A stretch of 63,867 nucleotides of DNA, the filler included, from Lenisia limosa (Eukaryota; Protista; Breviatea), in assembly GCA_001655205.1 (NCBI GenBank). It is 12 parts of 12 records of this genome, joined end to end, with 100 filler letters (N's around TTAATTAATTAA, not from the genome) between each part and the next. Parts side by side here need not be neighbours in the genome. Positions count along the whole stretch, not along the records: positions 1 to 7,987 come from LPNZ01008673.1; positions 8,088 to 9,739 come from LPNZ01011376.1; positions 9,840 to 27,056 come from LPNZ01002598.1; 9 more parts are not named here. One strand, given 5' to 3'. Positions 1 through 12,618 of this stretch are shown piece after piece (the stretch's first letter is position 1; each line of letters begins with the position of its first letter). The position numbers and the translations under genes were made by a program. The notes beneath the pieces are model-generated. The model worked only from the letters and a program-made list of their open reading frames with translations, was not told the DNA's origin and searched no databases.

Positions 1-33
1 TGATGAATAGTATCGGCGTGAAGGTAGTAATCA

Positions 34-189
34 GTGATGGTATGCGGTGCTGCAGAAGTGACTGGTCTGGGCTTTGTTTATTTTTGGTTATTTTTGGTTT
101 TTTGTTCTCAACGTTCGTGTGTTGTCAGCTAACAGGTTGGTTTTGGGCTTTTTCGTCATTAATTCTCCAAATTTACCCCCCACCCTCAG
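34..189 (+). repeat. Family C intronic repeat (copy ends at the cyclase acceptor, 189)
   Basis: GTGATGG.ATGCGGTGCTGCAGAAG.GACTGG.CTGGGCTTTGTTT...CAAC..TCGTGTGTTGTCAGC.AACAG...TTTGGGCTTTTT, shared with 9 other loci. Confidence 0.85.
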
Positions 190-3100
190 CAACTCACCTC
201 AATGAGCCAACATTCTTGGAATCTCATGTCAATGCTTCTACCTCGTCATGTGATTAGACTAATCAAGGAGGTGGGCTATTAATGTTGCATGAATATATCA
301 TATCACTTTTTGGAGCATTTTCACTCGTGTGAACTATCATTATTCACGCAGTGATATGATCCCTTATATCCACTCGTTTGATAATTGACCGGCAATTCTC
401 AATGATACTCTGATACACTCGGGATGAACCCTCGTGTTATCTTCGTTCATCATTTCAGCTCGAAAGTCGGTCATATGATCATATCATAGTATATGGGTTA
501 ACATATCAATAATATATCATATCATTATATATAATATCATATATATATTGCAATGAGAAATAAAACAAGCTGTTATCTGGCCGAAGCCGTCCACTCCGTC
601 ACGCTAATAAGATAGACTAATGACATAACACAGACATACACATCCAAACAACCATCAGTGACGTCATCTTTTAACTACTTTTTACTGGAATTTAACGAAG
701 ATTCTGGACAGTATGATAAATAATCACAACATTTGCTCTTTTACTTCCATCATTTTTTGTCATCTCTCATCATCCACCAACTTAATGCTCAAAAGTTTTA
801 TGAATATACAGAAAGGCTCAGCAAACGAGGTGCTCAACTCGTGTTGTGTCCTGCAATGCGACCTTGTGGGCTTCACGTCGTTGGCGTCTCAGCTCACTCC
901 CAACCAGGTGGGAGGTGAATTGAATTGATGAAAACTGAGCAAACCATTTGATTTAGGCTAAGGTCAAAATCGTCAGTTTTAAGGCCACTAAGCCAATTTA
1001 CTCGCCTCCGCGAGGGGGGTGCATTATACTTAGGGATTCCCACTGTCCGAAAAATACCGTCGAAGTATCGATATTTATCAGAAAATTCAATCTTTTTTGG
1101 GACCGGAAGCCCTTGGATTTAAATTAAATAATATTTAGTTGTGTATTGGGCGACTGAATTTCTCGATCTATCTTCGAAAAAATTGATATTGTACCACTAC
1201 TTTTCGAACCGAAGTGAAAGTGGAATCCATTATAGACAGTGACCGAGATAAGTCGTGTCGAATTTGCAATGTGATTTCCCTAGGAAAATCGGGCAAGACT
1301 TATCCCGGTCACTGTAGGGGGGGGCAATGATGGGGGTAATACTAAAGCAAACGTGAATGGGGGGGCAATTTTTTTAGAGAAAAAAAATTCCATTTTACTC
1401 CCCCCCAGGTATTCGACTTCCTTAATCGTCTGTTTTCAAGCTTCGATGACTTAGCGCAACAATACAATGTTGAGAGGATTACTACTATTGGTAGGGGAGG
1501 TACTTCGGTTCGAAAAAGACCGGTAAAATATCGAGAATTTAAAGAGAACGAGAAATTTTGTCTTTTTTTTCAAGCCGAAGTGAAGCCCTCGTCAAACAGG
1601 AGGAGGGGGGGGTGTCTTCCAAATACACGATAAGAGGCAAGCACAAAAAACTAATACCATTTACGATATTAGACATAATCTAACTTCTTTACAATTTTTA
1701 ACATTATCTCACTTGGAGACATAATCTCACTTGGAGAAATAAGCAAGCTCATTTACGATATTAGGTGACGCATACGTTTGCATGGCGCCTGACTCCTCAC
1801 TGTTCGCCAAAAACACCTCGAACATTCTAGAAGTTGCGCGGAACCTTCATGGTCGGATGCAGCTAACCCAGCGCCAGGTGGGGGGTACCCGATTAGGAAG
1901 CCTCACTTACCGTATTAGGAAACCCACTTTCCTTATTTGGCAAGACTTACCATATTAGGTATCCATGGCGGCGTCATTTGCCTTAAAAATCCGAATTGGA
2001 GTGGCATGTGGCCCGGTGTGGGGTGCAATCGTCGGAACAGTCAGCCCAAGGTTGGTCCTCAATTTTTTTTATTTTTGTTTCATTTTTTTTTTTTTTTTTA
2101 ATAGTTTTGGTCCAGATGCATTTTCGCTTCAGTCATCTCACTTTTCACTGATACCTGTTTTCCCTTTTTGTTTTTTTCTTTTTAAACCAAACCTCTCTTT
2201 AGATACTTGGTGTTTGGTCCGACGGTAGACCGAGCCGACCTTCTCGAGCAATCTGGGGAGGACAACACGGTTTTATTGGACAGTACCATGGCCAGCGCTG
2301 CCCTGGCTGAGGGGTGCGGGGGGGGGGGGNNNNNNNNNNNNNNNNNNNNNNNNNNNNNNNNNNNNNNNNNNNNNNNNNNNNNNNNNNNNNNNNNNNNNNN
2401 NNNNNNNNNNNNNNNNNNNNNNNNNNNNTACCGGTAAATTATCGATGATTTTCGATGATTTATCGAGAAATTCTGTCTTTTTTCGAACCGATGTGAAGCC
2501 CAAGTAGTAACATACATTGAACCTCCACTCACCAGAATATCATTCTCCTGCCTTCGAAGCATTCCGTCATCTTCAAAATTAAATATATAAAACATCCCAA
2601 AAAGCTTGAAAACGTAATTTGTCATGAACTCTACTGCAGAAGCGACTNNNNNNNNNNNNNNNNNNNNNNNNNNNNNNNNNNNNNNNNNNNNNNNNNNNNN
2701 NNNNNNNNNNNNNNNNNNNNNNNNNNNNNNNNNNNNNNNNNNNNNNCCAGCTATCCCGGCCTGCCCATAACGGACGTATGGTTGCCCCCCCAGGTTCAAT
2801 GACATGGCATGTTAATATCTCAGGTAGGCTCTTCTTTTGCTGTTTCTGGTTGGTTTGTATGCTATTGTATTTAATAGTTTATAATATATGTGTTTGTGAT
2901 TGTTGTGTTTCTTTTTGTGATTTTTATGTTTGTTTTTTTGTATGGTTTTGTCTTCAGTTGTAGTTGTAGTTTTTTGTAATTTCCTTGGTTTCACTCCCCC
3001 AAATACTCTCCGAAAACTATCATCAATATTTGATGGGATGCGGTACCGCACAAGCGACTGCCTGGGCTTTGTTTGTTTCGTTGTTGTGTGTTGTCAGTCA

Positions 3101-3248
3101 ACAGAGTGATTTTGGGCTTTTTTGTTTCATAAATTTTCCAATTTGGGCTTTTTGTTTCATAAATTTTTTTATTGTAACCCCCCCCCCAGAGGTAGTCCGA
3201 AGTGCCTCTCTCGATTCGATGTCAGATGTCAGTGAAATTTTGTCGTAA
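190..3248 (+). CDS. Class III adenylate/guanylate cyclase, C-terminal part, multi-exon, 5'-partial
   Basis: GT-AG exons 190-270 (MLLPRHVIRLIKE), 812-907 (CCVLQCDLVGFTSLASQLTP), 1409-1490 (VFDFLNRLFSSFDDL..VERITTIG), 1765-1877 (DAYVCM), 1959-2050 (LKIRIGVACGPVWGAIVG), 2203-~2312 (YLVFGPTVDRADLLEQSG) join in frame into the cyclase catalytic domain. The terminal exon ending TAA at 3248 is less certain. Confidence 0.85.
295..502 (+). repeat. Family E dispersed repeat (~210 bp)
   Basis: Aligns by eye along its length with the reverse complement of 35742-35945. Confidence 0.8.
1237..1314. mobile_element. MITE-B copy
   Basis: 78 bp, CAGTG...CACTG, with TA on the right. Confidence 0.88.
3031..3189 (+). 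repeat. Family C intronic repeat (cyclase gene)
   Basis: Same consensus; the 3' block is duplicated; ends in CCCCCCCCAG. Confidence 0.85.
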
Positions 3249-3896
3249 ACTGTGTCACCCATAAACCACAGAAGGCTCTTTTTTTGTCTATTTTTTGCTC
3301 GGTTTGTCTAATGATGTCTATTTTCTTTGTTTAGTTCTTGTAGTATATTTTTTGTTTTGTATTTTGTTTTGTATTTTATTTTGTATTAACAGCCAATGAG
3401 TTGAGTTGGTTTGCTCGAATACACTTTGTGAATACTGTTTTATTGGATCTACATACTTATTATACATACATAAGTATGGTACATTACTTGCAATTAATTG
3501 AAAACTTATTTTCAAAATTTGAAGTGGGCTCGCTTTAGAGATTGTAACAAGAACCCTATTTCAGACTCTTTAATTTCTAATTTTGTCAATCTATCAAAAA
3601 AGTAACTGCATATAGCCCTTATTGTATACATTTATATAATTGATTTGCATTTAATTAGATATCTTATTTCATATTATAATGAGAAGAGTACACAACGGCG
3701 CATCGACTTGGGTCTTATGAAAAACTCAGGTTTCTTATGAAAAGTTCTCTGTAATCTGAAGAAATTTATACTCCCAAATACTCCGGGAATATTCCAAGTC
3801 GATGTGCCGTTGACACTTATAACAATAGAGAAAACAAGTTGTCACAAAAGCCAGCAATGATACATTTGGAAACAAAAAGGGAAACAGAAAGACAAA

Positions 3897-6800
3897 CTAG
3901 ATGCGGTGCTCGTAACTTCCGGCCGTTGTGACGTACTTCACAAATTTCGAGCTGGAGTAGCTACTCTTCTCCTGGATTCGAAGGAAGGAAATCGCCATGC
4001 CTGACGCTGAGAAGCCCTCAATCTGAGGGGGGGGGGGTAAACGAAGNNNNNNNNNNNNNNNNNNNNNNNNNNNNNNNNNNNNNNNNNNNNNNNNNNNNNN
4101 NNNNNNNNNNNNNNNNNNNNNNNNNNNNNNNNNNNNNNNNNNNNNNNNNNNNNNNNNNNNNNNNNNNNNNNNNNNNNNNNNNNNNNNNNNNNNNNNNNNN
4201 NNNNNNNNNNNNNNNNNNNNNNNNNNNNNNNNNNNNNNNNNNNNNNNNNNNNNNNNNNNNNNNNNNNNTTGACCGTGCTCACCAGCGTAGCGTCTCCCAT
4301 CAGAACCAGCTCCATTTGTGTGGAGAAATCTCGGATTCTGGAGTTGTGATGATGATGTTTTGTTGTTATTGATGATGGTGATGGTGGCGGTGATGATGAT
4401 AATGCTGCTGCTGCTGCTGCTGATGATGATAGTGATGATGCTGATAATGCTGATGAGGGTGATGATGATGTGATAAAGTAAGGGGAAATAGCAGCACCAC
4501 ACCAAACCAAAACAAACACAAAACTCAGAAACTTCCAATTACACAGATTGATGACTATCTACCCCACAAACGCCAAAAACCTAAAACAGCCTAACAAACT
4601 TCCAAATAACTGCCTTCTTGATAGGGTCATATTTCGCGCGTCCGGCTCCAACAGTTACCTAAAAAGGAAAGTTAGGCCCAAACAGTTGCCTAAAAAGGAA
4701 ATTTATCCCAACAGTTTCTAATTAAGGCAGCGATTTTTTATGAAAAAAGTATAGCACCCCCCCTCCCCTCCTACATTGGCACTGGATGTGGCAGGAGGGC
4801 AAGGGATGGTAATAACAACATTTCGGGCAGGCCTATCCAAAACAGACTTGATGGTGACGTGCATTTCAATTCGGGTTCTTCCTAATATGGTAAGTAATGC
4901 CTAATATGGTAAGGATGGTAAGTGATGAATAATGTGGTAGTGAACTGTTCATCTTCCGTTAACTTCCTCTTCATTAATTTTCCAAGCCAAGATGCACATT
5001 CGAAATTTACTTCGCTAATACCCCCCCTCCCTCCCACCCTTTTCGGTGATTGTTGGAAGGATCTTGAAGGGGCACGTGATGCCCNNNNNNNNNNNNNNNN
5101 NNNNNNNNNNNNNNNNNNNNNNNNNNNNNNNNNNNNNNNNNNNNNNNNNNNNNNNNNNNNNNNNNNNNNNNNNNNNNNNNNNNNNNNNNNNNNNNNNNNN
5201 NNNNNNNNNNNNNNNNNNNNNGCAGCACCGCATCCCATCACTTCATTAACAAAACGGAGGGATATTAGGGGGGATTCAAAAACGAAAATTTATGAAACAA
5301 AAGCCCCCGCACCGCATGAGTTGAAATTCGCCATCAGGAGGTGCGAAAGATATTGTCCTGTCAATTTGGAATTTGTTAAGCTGAAAAGGTCAATGTGGAT
5401 ACTTGTTGAGCTAAAAGAGTTTTAAAGCCTGGTGAAAAGAGTTATAAATCTTGTTGAAAATGGTCAATTTGTTATTTGAGAACAGAATGTGATGAAAAGA
5501 AAGGTCAACGTAATTGTTAAAAGTAGAACTCTTATAACTATTTGCAACAAGTTGAGCTACAAGAGCTATAAGGATCAAACAACCTCCCCCCTCCCTCACC
5601 TTAACACAAGGATGGAAGGTACAATCATCTAGTAGTACACTGTCCAGTCGTCTGCGCTGGTGAGAAGAAGAAAAAAAACAACAACAAAAAAACACCATTT
5701 CTGTTTGCCCAATGCAACGTTCTTCACATTTCCTACGTTTTTGACGGGTCTTTCGCAATCACCAGTTTGTCATTGAGGCCGAGGGTGCACTCTGGCATGC
5801 CGGAAAGATAGCATTTGCCCATCACCTTGCCACTAACTTCCAAATGCAGTAAGGTTCCTAATTGGGTAAGTAAGGTTTCCTAATCGGGAAAAGGACTGCT
5901 TCCGGGGTGTCCTAATTGGGAAAGCAGGGTTTCCTTATCGGGAAAATAGATATTTGATTCGACTGGAAAGAAACAACAAGTCAGGAAAACTCGATCAATA
6001 TTGATAAATCCTCGAAAAAATCTCAATAAAATCGCTAAACTCCCCCAAAATCGATAAAGCACCAATAAAACATCAATGCAGAATTAAAAAATATCGATAG
6101 ATCTTAATAATTCACGAGAAATCCAGGCCATTTTGGGACCTAGGGAAGCCCTAAATAACACAAAAACCCTCAATACGCCGAATCCGAGAAAACTTCAGTA
6201 AAACGCAAACCTCGCGACGATACAAGCATGTTAATGTCTTCGAGGACGTCCAGGTAAAATTCGTTGTTCTTGTACTTGATGTCAGGCCGCCTGTTGCCGG
6301 TCACGCCCGTGGCCTGAACGGATATCGCAGAGGACTCTTCAACATTCTGGGGTGTTAGAGGGGTACTGGAAAAAAGAGGTGTATTGAGTATGGAAAATGG
6401 GTGTGGAAAATGGGAGTAACATATACGGATATAGGAATCAACTTCTGTGGTGTTATTATATGGAAAATTGTTGACAAAAAAGAGGGAAAATATCGATAGT
6501 TTTCGAGGATTTATCGAGAAATTCAGTCTTTTTTCGAACCGAAGTGAAGCCCTACATAACCTCAACCTACCAAGACCCAGCTGTGAACGAAGAGACGCTT
6601 CATTTGATTGTCTGGATGATTATGCACATTCTATCAATAACAGATTATATCACGTATATAAATACCCACACACACTCACTCACTCGCACGCACGTTAATA
6701 GTAAATATCACCTGATATCAACTCGTAGAGAACGATAGCTAACACACTGGATAATATCATGTATAAATACTCCCCCCACACTCTCTCAATAATATATGTA

Positions 6801-7774
6801 TAGCAATGAGAGATAAAATAAAAGGTTGTTTCTATTACTATAGTATAAATTCACCCAATGCATTGCCTTACAACTCTGTGGACACAGCTTCCCAATCATT
6901 TACCTTACAACCCTGTGCACACAGCTGTCAGCGTATCTCCCTCAATAATAGACAATATTTAGCATTACATAGTACATATAAATTCCCCCACTCCCCAAAA
7001 GAACACCCTCCTACGCTCTTGAACCTCGTTTGGCTAGCTCAGGCCGGTGCGACATCGGCGTGTTAANNNNNNNNNNCTGGCCGAAGCCGTCCACCCCATC
7101 ACGCATTAGAGATATTGGATTATAGTAAAATATTAATTAACCCAATCCCCTTGCCACATACATAAGACCTCACTTCGGTACGAAAAAGGGAAATTTTAGT
7201 CTTTTTCTCGAACCGAAGTGAAACCCCTAATTACCCCCCTTCTCACAGCCTTCACGCCGCCTTGGGTGATGAGCAGCTTCAGGGTGTCGATGTCTGTTGT
7301 CTGAGGGTAGCCGAAGTCCAGGATTTCTGGAACATAAGAAGGTGGCCAAATCGAGGATTTATGGAGCATAAGAAATGCTATCCAAGGAGAATAAGCTTTA
7401 ATGTTGTCCAAAATGGACCCCACCCCCCAAATACTTCATAATAACACAGGCTTCCCTACGGACTTAAAAGACCGTTTAAATATCGATATTTATCCAGGAT
7501 TTATCNNNNNNNNNNNNNNNNNNNNNNNNNNNNNNNNNNNNNNNNNNNNNNNNNNNNNNNNNNNNNNNNNNNNNNNNNNNNNNNNNNNNNNNNNNNNNNN
7601 NNNNNNNNNNNNNNNNNNNNNNNNNNNNNNNNNNNNNNNNNNNNNTTTCCTTCGTTTTACTCCGCCCCTCCCACCATCGAGTAGCTCATATACAAGCACA
7701 AAGTTGTTCTTCAGCACGTTTTCGTCTACGTCGCCGAAGTATGCCTTAAGCACGGATGCGGTGTGGTTCAGGAA
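3897..7774 (-). CDS. AP2M1: AP-2 complex subunit mu (medium adaptin), multi-exon, 5'-partial
   Basis: Minus-strand exons encode VLKNNFVLVYELLD, EILDFGYPQTTD, QATGVTGNRRPDIKYKNNEFYLDVLEDIN, LSGMPECTLGLNDKL, LDDCTFHPCVK, RTISFAPPDGEFQLMR, GRAKYDPIKKAVIWK and FSASGMAISFLRIQEKSSY..KFVKYVTTAGSYEHRI*. The C-terminus resembles mu2 more than mu1. Confidence 0.9.
4345..4475. repeat. (GAT/GGT/GCT)n trinucleotide microsatellite in an AP2M intron
   Basis: Directly visible. Similar tracts at 50320-50485; (GT/GTAT)n at 34545-34640; (TA)/(GT)n at 58335-58381. Confidence 0.9.
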
Positions 7775-7935
7775 CTGGGAAATAAATTAGGAATGGGGGG
7801 TATACTGGGAAAATTAATTGAAAAATTTATGAAACAAAAAAGAACCCAAATCAACTTTGCTGGCTGACAACAACAAAACAAACAAAGCCCAGGCCCGTCG
7901 CTTCTGTAGCCCCGCATCCCACCACTCCAGTGTAC
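7775..7935 (-). repeat. Family C intronic repeat (AP2M, minus strand)
   Basis: Reverse complement of the consensus, running into the acceptor at 7775. A second minus-strand copy lies at 5222-5310. Confidence 0.85.
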
Positions 7936-8031
7936 GTAAAATAGGATCAAAAGATTAAAAGCCTCTGGGGGGGGGGGGAATTGGACANNNNNNNNNNNNN
8001 NNNNNNNNNNNNNNNNNNNNNNNNNNNNNNN

Positions 8032-8043
8032 TTAATTAATTAA
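8032..8043. other. Artificial scaffold linker TTAATTAATTAA between N-runs (also at 9784, 27101, 28850, 33260, 36005, 38696, 41463, 49462, 52932, 61914)
   Basis: Identical 12-mer with stop codons in all six frames, centred in a 100-nt N spacer (44 N each side at this locus); 11 occurrences. Confidence 0.97.
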
Positions 8044-8149
8044 NNNNNNNNNNNNNNNNNNNNNNNNNNNNNNNNNNNNNNNNNNNNCCTCCAATCAGTA
8101 CCTTGGGAGCACATCCCCCTCCTCCAATCAGTACCTTGGGAGCACATGC

Positions 8150-9739
8150 AGATATCGTCAAAGTCACTGGCAGTGTCGTCATAGGGAATTGACACGAAGG
8201 AATCCGCGCATCTAAATGTATTTTGTTATTGTTTAGAATCCAATTTAATCATCTGATAGTATGTCATATTTTTAGGTTCCTAAAAAGACAAAATCTCCCA
8301 ATAAATCCTCGAAAACTATCCATTTGTGTCGGTCTTTTTCACAAAACACAAAACAACATTGGGATTGACAATATTAATGGAAGCACTGAATAAAAATGTC
8401 GCACAATGTTATGTCAGTGCAACGTCTTTCCCACTTACGTGCAGTTTTGTTGGGAAACTGCTCCCGTGAATGTACTGTTACGCGAAATAGGGCATTCGGT
8501 GCACTCCTCGTTGCCAACGAAGTCTATTACCGATGAGGATAAAGAAACCACATCACATAATTAGGGATTCAATTCGGTACGAAAAAGACCGGTAAATTAT
8601 CAATAGTTTTCGAGGATATATAGAAAAATTCGGTCTTTGTTCGAATCGAAGTGAAGCCCTATATATAACAGCCCATAAGGTCACTCATAATGGGGTTTGG
8701 GAAAATAAAGTTGTTTTTGTATTGCAGAAAGGTCTCTCTTGAAAATAGGATCAAGAGGCATAGTGTATACTAATCATATAACAGCCTTTTGGCCACTCAT
8801 AACCGTGTCGGAACAATAAAGATGGTTTTTTTGCAGAAAGCCTCTGTTGAAACTAGAATCGAGAGACATATTATTAAATATTGTACGTTGAGGAGATGAA
8901 ACAAATAACTGAAAAAGTGTAAATATGCTAAGGTAGCCCTTTTGGTATTTGTATTCCTTGACGAAATCCGAAAAACAAACCACAGAAATACTATCAAATA
9001 TACCGACCGCGATGAGTCCGTCACACATTTGACCAATACTAGGCTCACTTGTCATGAGCGCATCAAGGTCAATGTATATTATGAATAGGGCTTCCCTATG
9101 GTCCCAAAAAAGACGAAATTTCTCCATAAATCCTCGATAAATATCGATATTTTGACAGGTCTTTTCGGACCGTAGGGAAGCCTTAATTATGAATATTATA
9201 CCTCCCACCTTTGTACGTGCCAATCGGACAGTGTACGCATTCGTCGACATCAAGGTAAAAGCCCTCAATGCAGCTACAGTCCGAATCCGTGGAGTTTTCC
9301 TGGGAAATATAACTGAATGGGAGGCTCATGGATCATCCGAAATAATAATTGACCATTAGCCTTGACCGATTTGTCCAATTATTACTTCAGGGGTCTCAAC
9401 GTGAATTTGATCAAGACGTGCCCCACGTGTACATGTGAACCACTCACCTCCTCCCTACAGATTTATCCTTCTGANNNNNNNNNNNNNNNNNNNNNNNNNN
9501 NNNNNNNNNNNNNNNNNNNNNNNNNNNNNNNNNNNNNNNNNNNNNNNNNNNNNNNNNNNNNNNNNNNNNNNNAATACACGGAATTCCCTACCATCCCAAA
9601 AAAGACTGAATTTCTCTAAATATCGATATTTGACCGGTCTTTATCGGAAGATAGACAATTAGTAGAGTTCAATCCCCTCCATTCATACATAGTACACAGA
9701 GTTCAACAAGATCTTGGAGCACTCTGGTACTGCAATGTT
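8150..9739 (-). CDS. Fragment of a cysteine-rich (GCC2/GCC3, ephrin-receptor-like repeat) surface protein
   Basis: Exons read CSCIEGFYLDVDECVHCPIGTYK and FVGNEECTECPISRNSTFTGAVSQQNCT with GT/AG boundaries. The scaffold is truncated at both ends. Confidence 0.55.
8562..8661. mobile_element. MITE-A copy
   Basis: Full-length with TIRs; TSD decayed (5/8 match). Confidence 0.85.
9086..9185. mobile_element. MITE-A (hAT-type), CCCTACGG TIR subtype
   Basis: TAGGGCTTCCCTATGGTCC...GGACCGTAGGGAAGCCTTA with a perfect 8-bp TSD ATTATGAA (9078-9085 / 9186-9193). Confidence 0.95.
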
Positions 9740-9994
9740 NNNNNNNNNNNNNNNNNNNNNNNNNNNNNNNNNNNNNNNNNNNNTTAATTAATTAANNNNN
9801 NNNNNNNNNNNNNNNNNNNNNNNNNNNNNNNNNNNNNNNGTTATTTTGTAGCTTTAGTTACTGCTGGTGGGGGGGGGGGTGATATAGTATATATACATAC
9901 TCTGACATAGTAGACCATTGACAGGCTTTTTTTTTTCTTCGTTGATTTGAGCAGCTTTTTGGGTTGATACTCTTGCTTGTTTGTCATGGTTTAG

Positions 9995-12077
9995 CTGGTT
10001 ATCCTGATCCCAATGTTTACGAGAAACGACTAAGTAGGAGAGATGTTAGTTTATTTATAGACCCACTAGTTCAGAATACTGTAACTCCTATGCAATGAAA
10101 AGTTAAAGGAGATGCAATGGTCCCAAATACACATTCAATCGATTATTATAATAATGATATTGGAAAGTCAATTATAGCGACTCTTGGGCATAAGCAACAT
10201 TTTGAAGAGGTATTGACAGAGTTGGTTTTGTTAATCTCTTAGAGCCTCTTCTTGATGGAATACGTTTATTGCCGAAAGCAGACCAGAAGCGCTTTGCTAT
10301 TGTCGGGGGTAGGATGGGGACAAATACTAAAGTAGTATACATTAGATTCTTCTCATTGGGGAGGTTGGGGACGATTTATCACAAAGAATTTAAAATTTTA
10401 CGAATGATAAACTTTTTTTCTAATATTTAAATCTTATAATAATTGGGCAAGAGTGCAGTTTCTTCTTTTTTATGTTGGAATTAAGTTCAAAGGTTCGGAT
10501 TATTAAATAACACAAGATTCATAATATTTATACCGCAAGGGAAAATGCAGGAGTTTCCATTTATTAAGTTTACGATTTACTTCACAAGGAGAATGTGCGT
10601 ATTTATTGCGAATTCGTAGCTGTGATGCGCTTGAAATGGTCCAACGCTCAGAATGGTTTACTGAAGAAATGAATTCTTGGAACCAGGTGGGAGTGGGGGC
10701 GGGGGGGGGGNNNNNNNNNNNNNNNNNNNNNNNNNNNNNNNNNNNNNNNNNNNNNNNNNNNNNNNNNNNNNNNNNNNNNNNNNNNNNNNNNNNNNNNNNN
10801 NNNNNNNNNNNNNNNGGTTTAATGATGTGTTTTGAGTTTGGCGCAACTGGATATAAGGGTCACAATTATCAGAATGTTTTTTAGTCTTCAACAAATTTGC
10901 TATGAGGCTAAACTCATTTACCTATCAAGGACCAAATCAGCTGTCTTCTTGATGAGAGCGAAAAGGCCTTAAAATCCGAGATTGAGAGGCTCAATTTATC
11001 CGCAAAAGTCATCAGAAAAGAAAGGGCTGTTGGACTCTTCATCACGAAGGTAAGGGGTTTCGGCCAACAGTGGTCTCTCTCAGGACATTGATTAGAAAAG
11101 GGCTGTAATTATTGACAAAGGGCTGCGGATATACAGATAAGAAAGGGGTGGAGTATCCTAGGTGATACTCAGTCTGGTGTTAGAGTTGTATCATTGTTTT
11201 TTTGAAGCAATCTTCCTATCTTACCTTTGAAAATAGACCAACACAATTGGGGCGCTTTCAGGGCTTCATGATATATGCGACTGCGAGGAAGTAGCCATCT
11301 CGGTTCAAAACAGGCTGAAAGCTTTGTATGATGGATGGGTGCACAGAGTTGTAAGGCAAATGATTGGGGGAATTAATATTAGTATACTATAATCCAATGT
11401 CTCTTGTGTTGGCTGAAATTATTTACTTGTTTATCAGTATAATTATTCACTTATCACTACTCAGCTATGACGCACACCCAGAAATGAGAATCCCATGCTG
11501 CGCTTTCAATGGGGGTGATTCAATGTGAGTTGGAAGTATTCTATTATTCATGTAATTTTGAGTAATATTGTTATTTCAATGGTCAATATGTAACATGTAC
11601 TATATGTATGTTACTCAATTGCTTCTTCTCTTCATTGCAAAGGTTTATTGACGTTGGAGACAAGGGGCATGGAATCAAGGCCCTCTCGAGATATTTTGGC
11701 CTCAAGGATCGCAGTCAAGTGAGTGGGAAACAATGAAGAGGAAACATCACAAACTGTTGAAGTATTTGGTGAAACCAATTTGTATCTCGTTGTATTCCAC
11801 CAAATGGGAGGATTTTATTGTTAAGATATAACATTAATAGAACACATATCATACTATATGACATCTGCGTCAGCGCGCTTCTCAGAGGCCCCCTACCCCC
11901 AATACATATTCCCGGGAACCAGAAATAATCCGATTCCTCCAGATTTTGCATTTTGGTGACCAGTTCACCTCGACTGGAAACGACGTGCTTGCCCGACGGG
12001 AAGCACCCACTGTTTGGGTCAAAGATCCCAGAGAAACAGTTATCTTCCTCCGCTACCTCAAGGAAATCGAGTCCTAG
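9995..12077 (+). CDS. ISN1: IMP-specific 5'-nucleotidase (HAD fold), 5'-partial
   Basis: Exons give AGYP, KERAVG, PCCAFNGGDSMFIDVGDKGHGIKAL and ILHFGDQFTSTGNDVLARREAPTVWVKDPRET..*, which are hallmark ISN1 motifs (CAFNGG-x-x-x-F-x-D-x-G-D-K; GDQF..GND). Confidence 0.85.
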
Positions 12078-12618
12078 ATTGGTCGTTTTTACAAATATCT
12101 ATCTTGGCTTTTTCTTCTATTTTCGCTTGGTGTTTTTTGTATACTTCACTGATTTATTTATAGGTTTCGCAGTGTTTTTGGTTTGTTGATGCAAATTTTA
12201 AGATGTTTCATGATAGGATGATAGGATGGCAGTGACACAATGATGCAAGAGGTTTCAGAACATCATCCATGCTGAAGGTTAAGGTGCAAAATCCTCAAAA
12301 ACAGACCTTCTCATATCGAGTGTCAAACGGACTTTTAGGATAATCATACACTGCTGTGGGGCCCTACCCTATCATATTGTAGTAGAGGTGTGGGTTCTGG
12401 ATACCTTGATCTATTTGATCTACGTGCCCCCTGACCCCTTTTCCCCATGGGGTATATATATATATATACTACTAATGTGCTTTCCTCGTCTTCCCTTTGA
12501 ATTTATTTATTTATATTTCTTTTGACTGACGACAAGACAGCAATTTTTGATACAATAACCAACCTTAAACAACACGAGTAGGAGTAGTAACCCAGTTCAC
12601 CCATCGGGGCTTCTGTAG

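Noticed and set aside
1491-1589. MITE-A starting at the cyclase donor as a realised introner
   Set aside because: The intron continues about 175 nt beyond the element and the putative TSDs (ACTATTGG / GTCAAACA) do not match.
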